A stretch of 64,000 nucleotides of DNA from Octopus vulgaris. Its lineage: Eukaryota. Below the pieces are notes generated by a model. That model was given only the letters and a program-made list of their open reading frames with translations. It was not told the DNA's origin and did no database searches. The position numbers were made by a program, and so were the translations under genes. The stretch is taken from contig OX597821.1 in assembly GCA_951406725.2 (NCBI GenBank), positions 45,260,001-45,324,000 on the forward strand. Reading direction: 5' to 3'. Below, piece by piece: positions 37,937 to 52,240 of this stretch; within the stretch, counting starts at the first letter, position 1, and every line of letters starts with the position of its first letter.

Positions 37937-39143
37937 AAAAAACTTATCTTCAAAATGTATGACTGCTTGACATGTGGTTCAGTGTTAGTTTTTGTGCACC
38001 AGCCTCATATCCATTTGGAAAAAAATATATTCCATCTATTTCTTCCAGTTTTGTATTGCGAGCGTAGTAGTTTCAATAACAACAGTATTTGAACTATGTA
38101 AGAATTGTTCTGTTGGTATTAAAACTCGTTGGCTTGGATTAAACCATGTTCATGTATTGATTAATTCATTGTTCAGTTACTCAAACGGTATTTTAAAATA
38201 AGGTTTCCTGAGGAGTGTAGCTGCATCACTTGAACAAATTAGATCTAAATTTGTAACTGCATGCACAACGTTTGTGTCGGCCATAAATAGGAATGGCCAA
38301 TGTATTGACCAATGCATTATTTTTATTTTTTCGAGATCTGAAGTTACCTAGTTCTAAATACTACTGCCTCTCTTCTTTCAGGCAAGACTAATTTACTGTG
38401 CCTTTCATATTTACTACTCACTTTCCAAAACAAGCTAATGATATAAATAAGACAAATAATATAAGAAGAAAAAAGGATACAAACGGTACAACAACCACGC
38501 GTTGGTTGAATAACGTAAACGATGTAAGAAGTGTAACTTAAAATTTAATCAAATGAAAAAAATATTAAAGATTAATTCAGAAGAAACATAACCACAACAG
38601 ATTGATGATAAGATTAGGTGCAAAATAAAACGTTAACGGCAAAAACCTTAGAGGGCCTGTGTAGGCACTGCACCCTTCTCCTAGATCCAGTAAATAAAAA
38701 TTATGCAAGGGAAGTTGTTTGCTGATTTAGTAAGATTATATTTTCATAGCCCATTAATTTCTGTTCCATAGAGTTAACTGGGTGAAAAATACAGAAAAGT
38801 AGCGTGAAAAATGCTGAGTCGAAGACAGCGTTACCACTATTAGAGCGATGTGGATTATCCAAGCTAGCCCCATCAAACAATACAAACCGACCATCAACAA
38901 GCAGGAATTGGATAAGGTTCATTGGCTAACCTAGCAATTCCCACTGGCCTGCATACATCACAACTTTCTCCTCGCACACACGTGACACATACACAACCTA
39001 CCAATAATAGATTCCCGAGAAAAAGACATATGTTCGATCCCACTTTCCTCAGATTTTAAGCTGCAAAAACTCAGACGCATTGTCTTGTTTCTTCATCATT
39101 TTTGGAAAAAGGACATTGTTCTCTCTTTCTCCTCTTTCCACAC

Positions 39144-39220
39144 GTATGTATGTATGTATGTATGTATGTATGTATGTATGTATGTATGTATGTATGTATG
39201 TATGTATGTATGTATGTATG
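39144..39220. repeat. (TATG)n microsatellite
   Basis: Direct reading. Confidence 0.95.
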
Positions 39221-39384
39221 CAATTAAAAATAAAGGCACATAAAGATGCAAATTTTGTAGTGTGCATTGATTGCTGCAGAAACACGAAAGTACACAAATG
39301 AAAAGAAATAACTGCTGAATAAAACTGGATGTAAATCTCTGTTTTCCTTTATTATAAATTCATTATATACATATATCCCAGCAA

Positions 39385-39875
39385 GGCCACCGTTTAGTCA
39401 TTACAACACCTTTGTGTTCGGATTGTCATTGCACAGGGGCCATCCGGACTCCCGCCTTGGCCGTGAGCAAGGATTAATCTTCTCTCTTCGCTCCTTTGCC
39501 CCACATGGGCTCAAATCCCCTCTCCTCTTCATCTGACTCCCCTCCTCCCTTCCTCTTTTCACTCACCTCTCCTCTTTTCTCTTGTCCTGATACCTACTTC
39601 CTCTCTTCACTCCTACCTACCTTCTCCCTCTGTTGATACCCCTCCATCCACCCCACCCCACTTACCCCACCCCAACACCGCCACACCACACCACCACACT
39701 ACATCACGCCACCCCACACCATCATATTACAGACGCACACATCCACACGTCAAAGTCACCAGTCCCTAATCCACACGCACACACTTAAGACTTTCTCACC
39801 TTCTCGAGCGTCAAACTAATACACCTGTTTGTTGTTTTGCTCGTCTTTTGTTTTTCTGTAAATTTTAACTGCATG
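39385..39875 (+). mobile_element. Penelope-like element 3' fragment (GIY-YIG endonuclease C-terminus plus pyrimidine-rich 3' region)
   Basis: DSRLGREQGLIFSLRSFAPHGLK resembles the PLE R-x3-E-x3-I-x2-L-x4-PxGLN terminus; stop at 39536. Confidence 0.65.
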
Positions 39876-39878
39876 AAT

Positions 39879-39982
<104 letters not shown>

Positions 39983-40035
39983 TACTCTTTTGACTGCGGC
40001 CATACTGGAGAACCGCCTTTAGTCGAGCAAAAGAG

Positions 40036-40086
<51 letters not shown>

Positions 40087-40242
40087 AAAGTTGGTTTGTG
40101 AAAGTACGTGGTTGAATATATAGAAAATAGTAAAAAGTGAAAAAACTACAGAAGGCTTGTTTTAAAAGGTTAAAAAATATATATTTGAGTCAATATGTCT
40201 GAAGAATATTATCAATTTTTTTCTTACAATGACAAAGTTTAG

Positions 40243-40282
40243 AAGAAATGACCGGTTTCGCGTTTAGCTTTTCAAATTTCTT
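40243..40282 (-). ncRNA. Minimal hammerhead ribozyme motif, U3-A8 core variant
   Basis: rc AAGAAAT TTGAAAA GC-TAAAC-GC GAAA CCGG TC ATTTCTT. Confidence 0.7.
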
Positions 40283-40787
40283 ACATCGTTATGTTTATGT
40301 TGAGAGGAGTTATCGTTATGTTTATGTTGAAAAGAGTTCTAGATAAGTGGAGGTAATAAGTTTTTCTTTCGGTGTAAGGGAGATAATCGCTTAAAATTGT
40401 TTGCCTTTCCTTTGGGGTGAATTTCTCTGTATAAGTATGTTGGAATGGTTAAGTCTGGGCTTGTACTTTTCAATGAAGAATGTTTCCTTGTTTAGTCTAA
40501 TTTGTGTTGGTGTTTCGATAGCACATTGGTAAAATGGATACCAATGTGCTATCGGAACACCAACACAAATTAGACTAAACAAGGAAACATTCTTCATTGA
40601 AAAGTACAAGCCCAGACTTAACCATTCCAACATACTTATACAGAGAAATTCATCCCAAAGGAAAGGCAAAAATTTTAAGCGATTATCTCCCTTAGACCGG
40701 GAGAAATCACTTATTACCTCCACTTATCTAGAACTCTTTTCAACATAAACATAACGATAACTCTTCTCAACATAAACATAACGATGT

Positions 40788-40827
40788 AAGAAATTTGAAA
40801 AGCTAAACGCGAAACCGGTCATTTCTT
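40788..40827 (+). ncRNA. Minimal hammerhead ribozyme motif, U3-A8 core variant
   Basis: AAGAAAT TTGAAAA GC-TAAAC-GC GAAA CCGG TC ATTTCTT; 7-bp stem I, palindromic stem III, GUC site. Confidence 0.7.
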
Positions 40828-40963
40828 CTAAATTATGTCATTGTAAGAAAAAATTGATAATATTCTTCAGACATATTGACTCAAATATATATTTTTTAAC
40901 CTTTTAAAACAAGCCTTCTGTAGTTTTTTCACTTTTTACTATTTTTCTCTCTCTCTCTCTCTC

Positions 40964-41014
<51 letters not shown>

Positions 41015-41017
<3 letters not shown>

Positions 41018-41429
41018 CTCTCTTGACTGTGGCCATACTGGAGAACCGCCTTTAGTCGAGCAAATCGACCCCAGGACTTATTCTTTCTAAGCCTAGTACT
41101 TATTCTATCGGTCTCTTTTACCGAACCGCTAAGTTACGGGAACGTAAACACACCAGCATCGGTTGTCAAGCGATTTTGGGGGGGACAAACACAGATACAC
41201 AAACATATACACACACACACATACATATACATACATACATACATACATACATACATACATACATACATACATGCATATATATATACATATATACGACGGG
41301 CTTCTTTCAGTTTCCGTCTACCAAATCCACTCACAAGGCTTTGGTAGGCCCGAGGCTATAGTAGAAGACACATGAACCCGGAACCATGTGGTTGGTAAGC
41401 AAGCTACTTACCACACAACCACTCCTAAG

Positions 41430-41431
<2 letters not shown>
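41015..41431 (-). mobile_element. SINE family A
   Basis: rc of the 6733/62742 family; internal (CATA)n. Confidence 0.9.
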
Positions 41432-41463
<32 letters not shown>

Positions 41464-41465
41464 AA

Positions 41466-41741
41466 TTTATAGAAGATGAAAATTCCAGTTGTCAGTACTT
41501 TATATCCGAAATGAAATCGTGCTTAAAGTGATTTATAAGACTTGGGTGGGAATAATGTTTATATTAAAAATCCAAAATATTTCAAACAAAAGATAAAAAT
41601 ATATAATAATGAAAAAAAGATATAAAGATGTAAATGCAGTAAGGTATAAGAACCGTGTATGCGTGTGTAGATACATGTATTCGAGGGATTTCATTTTGGG
41701 TTGTAATGTACTGACGACTGGAATTTTTATCTTCTATAAAC
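41466..41741. repeat. Inverted repeat with ~53-bp arms next to (TA)n
   Basis: ttatagaagatgaaaattccagttgtcagtac vs gtactgacgactggaatttttatcttctataa. Confidence 0.8.
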
Positions 41742-41839
41742 TTTTATTACTCCTTAGTTCATAAACGAGCTCAAAAAAATCCAGTTGTTCGATACACGGA
41801 GTATTGCACCAATTAAAAAAAATTATATATATAGATACA

Positions 41840-41943
<104 letters not shown>

Positions 41944-41944
41944 T

Positions 41945-42126
41945 CTAATGCGCTTGGCTTAGATTTTCCTTTGGGGCTGGCCAGGTCGGAGCAATCTCAA
42001 GATTAATCAGCCGAAATTGCGAAGATGATCCGGTTCTTGACTGAAGATCGAAAGCTTCCGTCTGTTTTTTGTATCGTCTTCTAAATCTTTTGCGTTCTTG
42101 TCACAGTTTGTGTTTTTTTACATTTA

Positions 42127-42187
<61 letters not shown>

Positions 42188-42712
42188 AAAAATATATATA
42201 AAAATACAAAATGGGACAAGAACGCAAAACACTCAAATAGACGACACAAAAAACGGACGGGTCATTCGAAGTATCTAATCTTCAGTCAAGAACCGGATCA
42301 TCCTCGCAATTTCGGCTGATTAATCTTGAGATCGCTCCGATCCGGCCAACCCCAAGGAAAAACTAAGCTACGAGCATTAGATTTCTTGAAAAAAGGATTG
42401 AATGTATACGAAACAAGGACAGAAAAACGGACGATGTCACACGAATATAAATACAAAAAACAATAATAGTAATAACAGGACAAAAACAGCGGGTGTCTTA
42501 CGACTTTAAACAGTTCAACTTAGCTTAGCTGGCGTATTTGGAAAATAATGTCTTTACGGCAGACGAAGAAATCGATGTTGTCGTGGCGGTGCTCAGAAGC
42601 CGAAAGGTTAGTTGACAGGCGGTCACGTTAGAGGAGAAGAGTGACCCGTCCGTTTTTTGTGTCGTCTATTTGAGTGTTTTGCGTTCTTGTCCCAGTTTGT
42701 ATTTATATATAT
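41945..42712. repeat. Alternating inverted repeat units between (TA)n tracts, probably PLE pseudo-LTR-derived
   Basis: 41945-42125 is the rc of 42195-42380; 42641-42710 is a third partial arm. Confidence 0.75.
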
Positions 42713-42754
42713 ATATTTTATACATGTACTAATGCGGCGTAACGTACATCTTGT

Positions 42755-42801
<47 letters not shown>

Positions 42802-43504
42802 TGGATAGATGGATAGATAGATAGATGTAAAACTTCATCAGTGGCTAACTATCTGTATATAACTGTCCACTGTGATACAAGATATTGGTCAACTCGAAGC
42901 TTCAGGAAAGAACATTTGTCTAATATACCTGGAGGTAAGGTCACACCTAGAACTACGTGATTGCAGCTACGGGTGCACCTCATATCTATATACCACTAAT
43001 ACACTTAGGAAATGCATGAGTCACAAATTGACATTTCCTTGAGACTAGAGAGCCTTTCATTTCTGATCAATAGCAATGACTATCGATGAATCGGTAGGAA
43101 CAGTAAAACTTTGGACTAAATAGTTGATGTATTTAGCTTTGTTCCTCTACGCTCTCAGTTCAAATCTGATCGCAGTCATATTTTTCTTTTAATTTTCATC
43201 ACTCCAGAAACGTTAAAGAATCACCAATCATATAGTAATGTCATTTCAATCGATTACACCCCAATAACAAAATTTGGTTGATGTCCAGTGAAAAGAAATC
43301 GATATTGATATCGGTTGAACTTTCAACTGTTCTTCTTATGTTTCCTCTCTTCAATGACCCGACAATTTTCTACAATACCTAACACGGATAAGTATTCGTA
43401 GAGTAAAATACAAAACGACTGCTGCATTCTACTATATTCTCGCTAGATTTCTGTTAGCTTTGAGCTAGAATATAGAAATATACAGTATAATAGCAATATA
43501 TGAA

Positions 43505-43915
43505 ATATCTTTTATCTTTTACTTGCGGCCATGAGGAAGACAGCATCGAAAGGTTTTATCGAACAAATCGATCACAGTAGTGATTTTTAAAGTCTGGTAC
43601 TTATTCATTCGGTGTCTTTGTCGAGCCGCTGTTACAGAGAAGTCAACAAGCCCAAACCAGTTGTCAGTCAATGGTGAGGGTCAAACACACACAGGCACAC
43701 TCGCATACACGCACAAACATGCACAAAATCCCCCTCTCTCTCTCCCTCACTCACTCACTCACTCTCTCTCTCTCACACACACACATACACACACGACAGG
43801 CTTCTACAGAGTTTCCGTTTACCAAATTTACTAACAAGGCATTGGTTGTGATTATTGTAGAACTCAAAAGCCCGTGGCTGCAAAGCGAGCTTCTTAACCA
43901 CATAGGCATGTCTGT
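43505..43915 (-). mobile_element. Degenerate SINE family A
   Basis: tcttttatcttttacttg...ggtacttattc...gtttccgtttaccaaattt...cttcttaaccaca. Confidence 0.7.
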
Positions 43916-43932
43916 ACCTATTTATAGAAAAA

Positions 43933-44895
43933 CTAGCATTAAAGACCCGTCGTTGCCGGGTCATAGTGCTAGTGCATGTATATATGTGTATATATATGTG
44001 TACATATTACATGTACATCTATATATATATACATCTACACATAAAATACAAAATACAAAGTTATATCTTGATATCGCCAGTGATAACAATACTCAAAATA
44101 TATAACAGACTGGAATTGTTAGCTCTTCTTTTTTCTCTACATTGTATACTTTATAGACAATAGTCTTTTCTTTAATTTAAATTTTTATTATCCATCTGGA
44201 CTATTCCATTTCTGCACGCTAATTATATTTTTAATTTATTCCCATTCATGTGAAACCACTTATTCAAGTTCAAATCATTTATGCAATTTAATACCAATTG
44301 CTATTTTTACTTTTGTATGTTACTGGCACAGGTAAGTATAAAGGCGGCGAGCTGGCAGACACGTTAGCGCGCCGGGCGAAGTGCTTAGCAGTATTTCGTC
44401 TGTCGTTACGTTCTGAGTTCAAATTCCGCCGAGGTCGACTTTGCCTTTCATCCTTTCGGGGTCGATAAATAAAGTACCAGTTTCGCACTGGGGTCGATGT
44501 AATCGACTTAATACCTATGTCTGTCCTTGTTTGTCCCCTCTATGTTTAGCCCCTTCTAGGCAGTAAAGAAATATATACTTTAGTTTGATTTTAATTATTA
44601 ATTATAATTCAATTGTTATTATTATTTTTATTGTTAAAGTGAAAGCATCTGACATAAAATAGAGAAATATTTTTGTTTCACTTTTAACACGTAATACTGA
44701 AATAGTGGAGAAGATATGATATTGCTATGGGCTCGCTCTAGGCAAGAAGTTGAACATTTTTTTTTGCCGATAACACTCCCCGGACCCTAAGTAAGGCATG
44801 TGTAAAATTTGAATGAAATTGGTTGTGTAGTTCTCAAGTTTTAGGGAAACACACAGACAGACAGACACACATTCTCAGTTTTATATATATAAAGA
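43933..44895 (-). mobile_element. Non-autonomous Helitron
   Basis: Minus strand A|TCTTTATATATATAAAA...GTCTGTCTG 5' end; 3' hairpin GACCCG/CGGGTC (43944-43962) 11 nt from CTAG|T; no TSD. Confidence 0.8.
44343..44572 (+). mobile_element. SINE family B (tail type 2) nested in the Helitron
   Basis: Full-length; tail GTCCTTGTTTGTCCCCTC...GCAGTAAAGAAAT. Confidence 0.92.
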
Positions 44896-45242
44896 TATAT
44901 AGAAATATGTAGACGTATATGGAAATATAGGAATATAAGGAACATACAGAAAAAAACTCCCAGAAAGATATACGGAATATGTTGAATATATGAATATATG
45001 GAAATGTAAAGAAATATATGGAAATATAGGGATATTTACGGAATATATATATATATATATAAGTGTATGGAGATTTATAGAAATATATGGAAATATACCG
45101 AAATGTATAGAAATGTATTGAATATGTAGGAATGTTTAGAACATGTAGCAATATATGGAAATATATGGAAATATATGGAAATACAGAGAAATATAAAAAA
45201 ATATATGAAATATATAGAAATATATTGAATATATAGAAATAC
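44896..45242. repeat. Degenerate 10-bp minisatellite (GGAAATATAT)n
   Basis: Direct reading. Confidence 0.85.
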
Positions 45243-45329
45243 TGCCGACAACACAACACGTTGTGGATATATTTAATTTAGCCTTGAAAGAAGAAATACT
45301 GAATACCACATATTTATATAGATGGGGGT

Positions 45330-45333
45330 GCGT

Positions 45334-45392
<59 letters not shown>

Positions 45393-45880
45393 AACAAACA
45401 CACACACACACACACCCGCGCACACACAGATATACATAATCAAATGCCTCCTTTCACGGAAAACGCCTACACCCACTCCGCTCTCTCTCTCTCTCTCTCT
45501 CTTTTTATATGTGTGTGTGTGTGCGCGTGCGTGCATGTGTGCATTCATACATATGTGTATGTGCGTGTGTATGTGTGCTTGACTATGTGTCTGCATGTGT
45601 ATCATGCGTGCGTTTTAGGTGTACATGCGTGCTTGGGCATGTATACTTAAGCAATATTATTCAGATATGTTTGTTTGTTTGTGTGTGTGAGTGCGGGTGC
45701 ATACATACATACAAACATACATACATACATAAATACATACATACATACATACATACATACATACATACATACACACACACATACATACATACACACAGAG
45801 ACACACATAAATAGATTCGTATATAAACAAGCACATACACGCATATATGCCCACATATATGTTTGTATATCTGTCTGAAT

Positions 45881-45927
<47 letters not shown>

Positions 45928-46082
45928 ACACACACACACACACACATACACACACACAAACATAGATAAATATAAAAACATACATTTTTATGTGTGCATG
46001 TATGTAGATATATGCGTGTATGCACACACACACACATATACAAACACACATATACAAACACTCTATATGTATATATATATAG
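45330..46082. repeat. Low-complexity CA/TG/CATA/CT microsatellite field
   Basis: Direct reading. Confidence 0.9.
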
Positions 46083-46997
46083 AGTCCAGCATATTTTCCA
46101 TTTTCTTCCCCAAATCATTTTATTTTCGATTGTGGAAAGATAACCGAGGATGTAGATAGGAATTTGGTTTTAAGAAATCGAAACTGGAAAAAGGAGAGGA
46201 AGAAGAAAGAAAAAAAGAAATACAAGCTAAATTATTGGTTAATAAAATTATAGCATTGGAAAACTCTGGAAAATTCCTCATTATCCTTCTATTTATTTGG
46301 TGTTGTTTGTAGTAGTTGTAGATGTTTAACAATAGAGACTAAATCTGAGGAGGCCAGGGTGTATAGTTTAACTTCTGATGCAGCTCAACTCCGACGACTG
46401 GAAATCAATATTTCTCCTTTACCACACTACACTTGTCTTTGCTTTTCCACAACGTTGTCATGTAGTAATCACTTAGCAACCAAGCTGCTTTAAACTCCGC
46501 AAGAGAGATAGACAAAACAAAACAAAACAAAAAAAGACAAAAAAAAAAGAAAAAGAAAAAGAAAAAAGAGTAATAATAATAATAATAAAAGGGGGGGATT
46601 TGCCGTGATTATTATTACATAACGTGAAAAGTAAGTATTACTAAGGAATACACTGAAGTCTCCTCAGAAGAGAAAGTTGTTGTCATCACCAATTGCCAGG
46701 TAGCACTTCCACTACCACCTTCATCACAACCACCATCATTATCACTGCCGCCACCACCACCACCACCACCATCACTTATTCGGCGCTAAAAGTCATCGCC
46801 AAATTTCTCCGCAGTGAGTTGCGCTGTTTCTATTTCTTGTTGCTTAACTGCTGTGTTTTAGTCTTGCAAGTGTGGTGTTGTTAACATGATCGAATGTAGT
46901 GCCGGGTTTGGTTAATTTACCTCATACGCTGCTACAAAAAGGTGTCTTATGTAATTTCGTCAATATTCTCTCTTTGTTTGTCTGCGTCCGTGCGTGC

Positions 46998-47037
<40 letters not shown>

Positions 47038-47406
47038 GAAAGAAATTAAATCACTACAAAAAGAAAGAAAATAAATAGAAAAGAAAATGTCATGAGATAT
47101 AGGATTATTAACATAAAGTTTTGTTATGATGATATTAATATAAAAATGTAGAATGACAACGGCAAAAATAATATCGTCAAACAATGATAACAATACAGCA
47201 AAAAAAAAAAAACGATGCACGCCACTGCTTCTACGAGTATTAGAGTGAATTAGTGTAGGGTCGTTGCTGCTACATGTTGCTTTGTGCGCAGTGATAAGCT
47301 TGTACGTGTATGAGTGTGTGTATGTGAATGCGAGCGTGTGTGTGTGTGTGTGTGTGAATAAGTACGTGAATATGTGTGTGTTTATGTGTTTATGTGTGTA
47401 TATATC

Positions 47407-47437
<31 letters not shown>

Positions 47438-48739
47438 ATGAGACTGCGTGTGTGTATCCATTCGTATATGTGTAGGTGGTGTACGAGTCTGCCGGAGCTT
47501 GTTCGCGTGCGTGCTGGAGTTATAGAGTTATGTAAATGTGTAGTTTGCTCGTGTAAGGTTATCACATTCAAGATTAGAACTGTGAGTTCGAATTTGCATG
47601 TTTGTATGTGCGTATGGCGTATGCATATATATATGTGTGTGCGCGCGCACTTATAATTATGTCAGAGGAGAGAAAGGACCCATTCACTTCTCAAAGTCTT
47701 TCGGAACTCATGATTTACGTGTGTCTATAGATGTATAACTGTCGAGGTGTGTATGTATGCGTTGGAGAAGATATCTGCGTGTATGTGTGAGACAATTACG
47801 AGAGTAATGTATCTAGATATTTAGGTAATTTCGTGTATGTGTGAGTGTGTATAATAAAGAGCATGTATGTATATGTGTGTACAAATGTTTGCAAGTGCAA
47901 ATAAATAAACGTATGTATACATGGTTGAATAAATGTAATTCATGAATGTTTGTGTGCATGCGTGAATGAATGAATGCATATATGTACGTATGAATGTGTA
48001 TATGTATTTGCCAATATATATGTATATATGTTTGTAGGTACGTATGAATGTATGTACGTATGTATATGTGTATATTTAACATTATATATATATATTCAAA
48101 TGATATTTCTCACACTGTTTAGATACATATGTATAGATATCACTGTATGTGAGGGAGAGAAAGAGTGAGCGCGCTTGCATACTCTACGTATGTGTTGCAC
48201 ATATGCGATTGCGCCTGCTCGAGTGTATGTGGTTCTGATAGTACGTGTGCGTCGGGGGTCCTCTACTTGTGAGTGCAACTGCAGGAACAGCCACGTATTC
48301 CGTTCTGTTGAATTCGGGTATTGGTTTGATTCGAAATTATTCCATTTGCCATCTGAAAAATCTGTCAGAGGTCACGGATCGATGATGAGGTGAATTTTTA
48401 CCTCCAAAGAAACCCTCACCAACGACATTGATTAAGGAAATATTAATTACTCCGGAGTTATTTTACCAAAGTTAAGGTATTATAAAACTATTTTTTTTTC
48501 TATTAGAGGTGTGCAAGTATTGTGTACTGTATCAGCAATGTCACGAGAAACTGACAAGAGATATGTCAGCGTGAATATAGATAATTTGTAATATCGTGTA
48601 CGTATGTGTGTAGGGAGTTGTGTGTTGCTATGCTTTATCAAACAGAAGTATGGGCAAGTGTTCGCGCGTGCAATTGTGTGTGTCCGTAAATTTATCTGTA
48701 TATCTGTCATTCTAAATGACTCTCGACCCACCCACGCAT

Positions 48740-49295
<556 letters not shown>

Positions 49296-49826
49296 TGATC
49301 AATCAATCTACCATTAGAAGAAAATATTGACATTGGTTCCCATTCATATATTTGTCGCTATACATACATTTATATATACGCACAGACATATATACGCGCG
49401 CTTACATACATACACGCCCGCGCGCGCACCCACCCACACGCACACGAATTACGCATACATACACACATATACACAAAATATATCTACATTTACATATGTT
49501 TACATATATGGGCGCGCGTATATGATTTTGTACATATGCATATGTACACACACACACACAAACACAGACTTGCATACAGGCACACACAAACACATATATA
49601 TCAATGTATTTATATAATACATGTATAACATACATTTCACATTTCATATGCGTCCTTATACTGCCTACATATGCTAATTATAAACAGCATGTCCAGGATG
49701 TTTAGAATAATCATCCAGTATCCAATAAACCCGTATCAATTTATGAACGGAATCTAATTTTTCACTTATATTTTTTCCTGGAATTACCTTTTCTAAAACC
49801 AACCGCACGAAAATGTTTTATTTTTG

Positions 49827-50041
<215 letters not shown>

Positions 50042-50073
50042 GACTTCGAAATATGCATTTAAGTAAATGTAGT

Positions 50074-50104
<31 letters not shown>

Positions 50105-50464
50105 GAATGAACCATACGCAAGCCCTATACACATGCAAACACTTACTCAAAGGCAGACATAAACACGCAAACACACCTTCCCGTACACATATATACGCAC
50201 ACAATTTACGCATCCTCATTCACATCGACACTGTGGCTCGCGAACACGCATACATCAACACACGAATCACAAACGTACGTGTATTGAGAGATATCAATGT
50301 AACTATACTCACAAACATGAATGCAACACTCGTTTATATACATACATACATATACACCCACGCGCACATATGATTAACAGTATATATATATGCACATATG
50401 TATATGTATATATATTCACAAACACACACGCGCACACACAAATACACAAACACATATATGCACG

Positions 50465-50521
<57 letters not shown>

Positions 50522-51019
50522 GAGGGGTTGGAAATACACGCTCGCACAGATATTGACACCGGTACATATACACTCACCAACAACACTCACACACATACAC
50601 GCATTACACATGTGCAGATTCGCGCATGTCATGCCCCGATTTTGAAACAAATTAATATATCATGACTAATTATACTTTCCACGCTGAATATTTAGCAACA
50701 GGGAAGAAAACTAATTAATAATGGTATTGCACGTCTTCTCTTGCAATTATTGATTTTTGATACAGGCACAAGGACATACATTTTAGTTGAGTGGGGTTTG
50801 TAGAGGTTACGGTGAAAACACAGCGAAGTACCGCAAATCCACCACGTGATGGGTATTTATTTTATCAACCTTTAATATTCGACCCTGGTGGGATTTGAAC
50901 TTAGAGCGCAGTGAGACCAAATTGAATTGAGGAAAAGCATTCTTTTTTATTATCCTTTCTACGTGCATCATTGTTGCGTAAAGAACTGAAAGTGTGCTTG
51001 TGTGGGAGAAAAGAAGCTA

Positions 51020-52240
51020 GTTAACCGTGGTGTCATTAGCACTGTTCAATTAGTCGGCTGGTAAATTCTCATGTTAATAAGCTGTCCTGCTATGCAGTGA
51101 GAGGTAGCTGGCTCGTATTCCTGACTTTTTTTGATGATTCCTGATGTCATTACTACAGGTAGGACAAAGAAAGTAGTTATTTCTGATGTCGTTACTATTA
51201 TTCTATAAAATTGGGCAGAGGTGGTACTTAGTCGTGATGTTTATAAATGTTCTGTACAGCAGGGGTAGGTGTAGCTGGCTAGTATTTCTGTCATTACTAC
51301 TGTTCGTCTTGTTAGTCTTGATGCTATCACCGGTATGTCTGCAGGGCAGATCACGAGCTTACTTCTTATGCTATTACCACTTGTTCTGTGGGAGAAGACA
51401 AAATTGAAGTTTACCGCTGATGTCACTGTTATCCTAGATAGAGCAGCTGTTTAATTGTGATGCTTTTGCCAATTATTTATAAAGCAGGAGTCAGTGATTA
51501 GTTTTGTTGACGTTATCTTTGTTCTTTTCTTTCTAACTGCAGGGTAGTTGCTTACTTCTGATCACATTAACACTGTTCTACTGGCAGGAATTACGCTTAT
51601 CACCATTCATTTGGGCTGGGCTGCTGGTTATTTCTGATAATGGGTTCTTTGATGCTGAGAAGGGTATATGATTAGCCCCGATGTCATTATCACTGTTGTT
51701 TTGGCATTGTTGGACAGGATAGATGGTTATAATGAGATCAGAACAAAGCATATGGCCTGTCCACACCATAATCATTACTATAGTTCTTTTAGGTAGGACA
51801 GAGAAAGTGGTTATTCCTGATGTCGTTACTATTGTTTTATAAATAGGGCGGAGCTGGTAGTAAGTCGTGATGTTATAAATGTTTTGTTAAGCATGTGTAA
51901 GGTTAGATGCTTAGTATTTCTGTCATTGCCACTGTTCTATAGACTGGTTTGTCTAAAAGCTACCTTTCATCCGTCAGGATCGATCAAATAAAATACCAGT
52001 TTAATACTGGCGACTAACTCGTTCTCAAAACTAATGGTTTTGTGCCTAAATCACAAACTGCTATTATTGTTCTTTTGGGTTGAATACGACACGCAGTCTG
52101 TCCTGATGTCTTTATCAGTTCTACTGGAAGGAGCCTGTGGTTTGTCTTGACTTCATATTCACTATTTAGGGTGGGGTGGATCAAGTGGTTATTTCTAATG
52201 TCATTATTATAGTTCTACGATTAGGACAGAGCAGAAATGT
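51020..52240. repeat. Old ~50-bp-unit minisatellite with a ~635-bp higher-order duplication
   Basis: Recurrent CTGATGTCATTACT(A)CTGTTCT core; 51148-51306 closely matches 51773-51937. Confidence 0.7.

Larger units (their letters stand above)
40120..40945. mobile_element. Near-perfect ~825-bp palindrome of a Penelope-like 3' end, flanked by (TA)n
   Basis: Centre gcacattggtaaaatggataccaatgtgc; arms encode TPTQIRLNKETFFIEKYKPRLN (PLE GIY-YIG C-terminus); few mismatches between arms. Confidence 0.88.

Noticed and set aside
44343-44430. tRNA gene calls for SINE heads
   Set aside because: A/B-box-like motifs continue into SINE body and tail; no full cloverleaf; multicopy
46300-47300. Possible promoter or 5'UTR region
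   Set aside because: Unique-looking sequence, but no diagnostic motif supports a call
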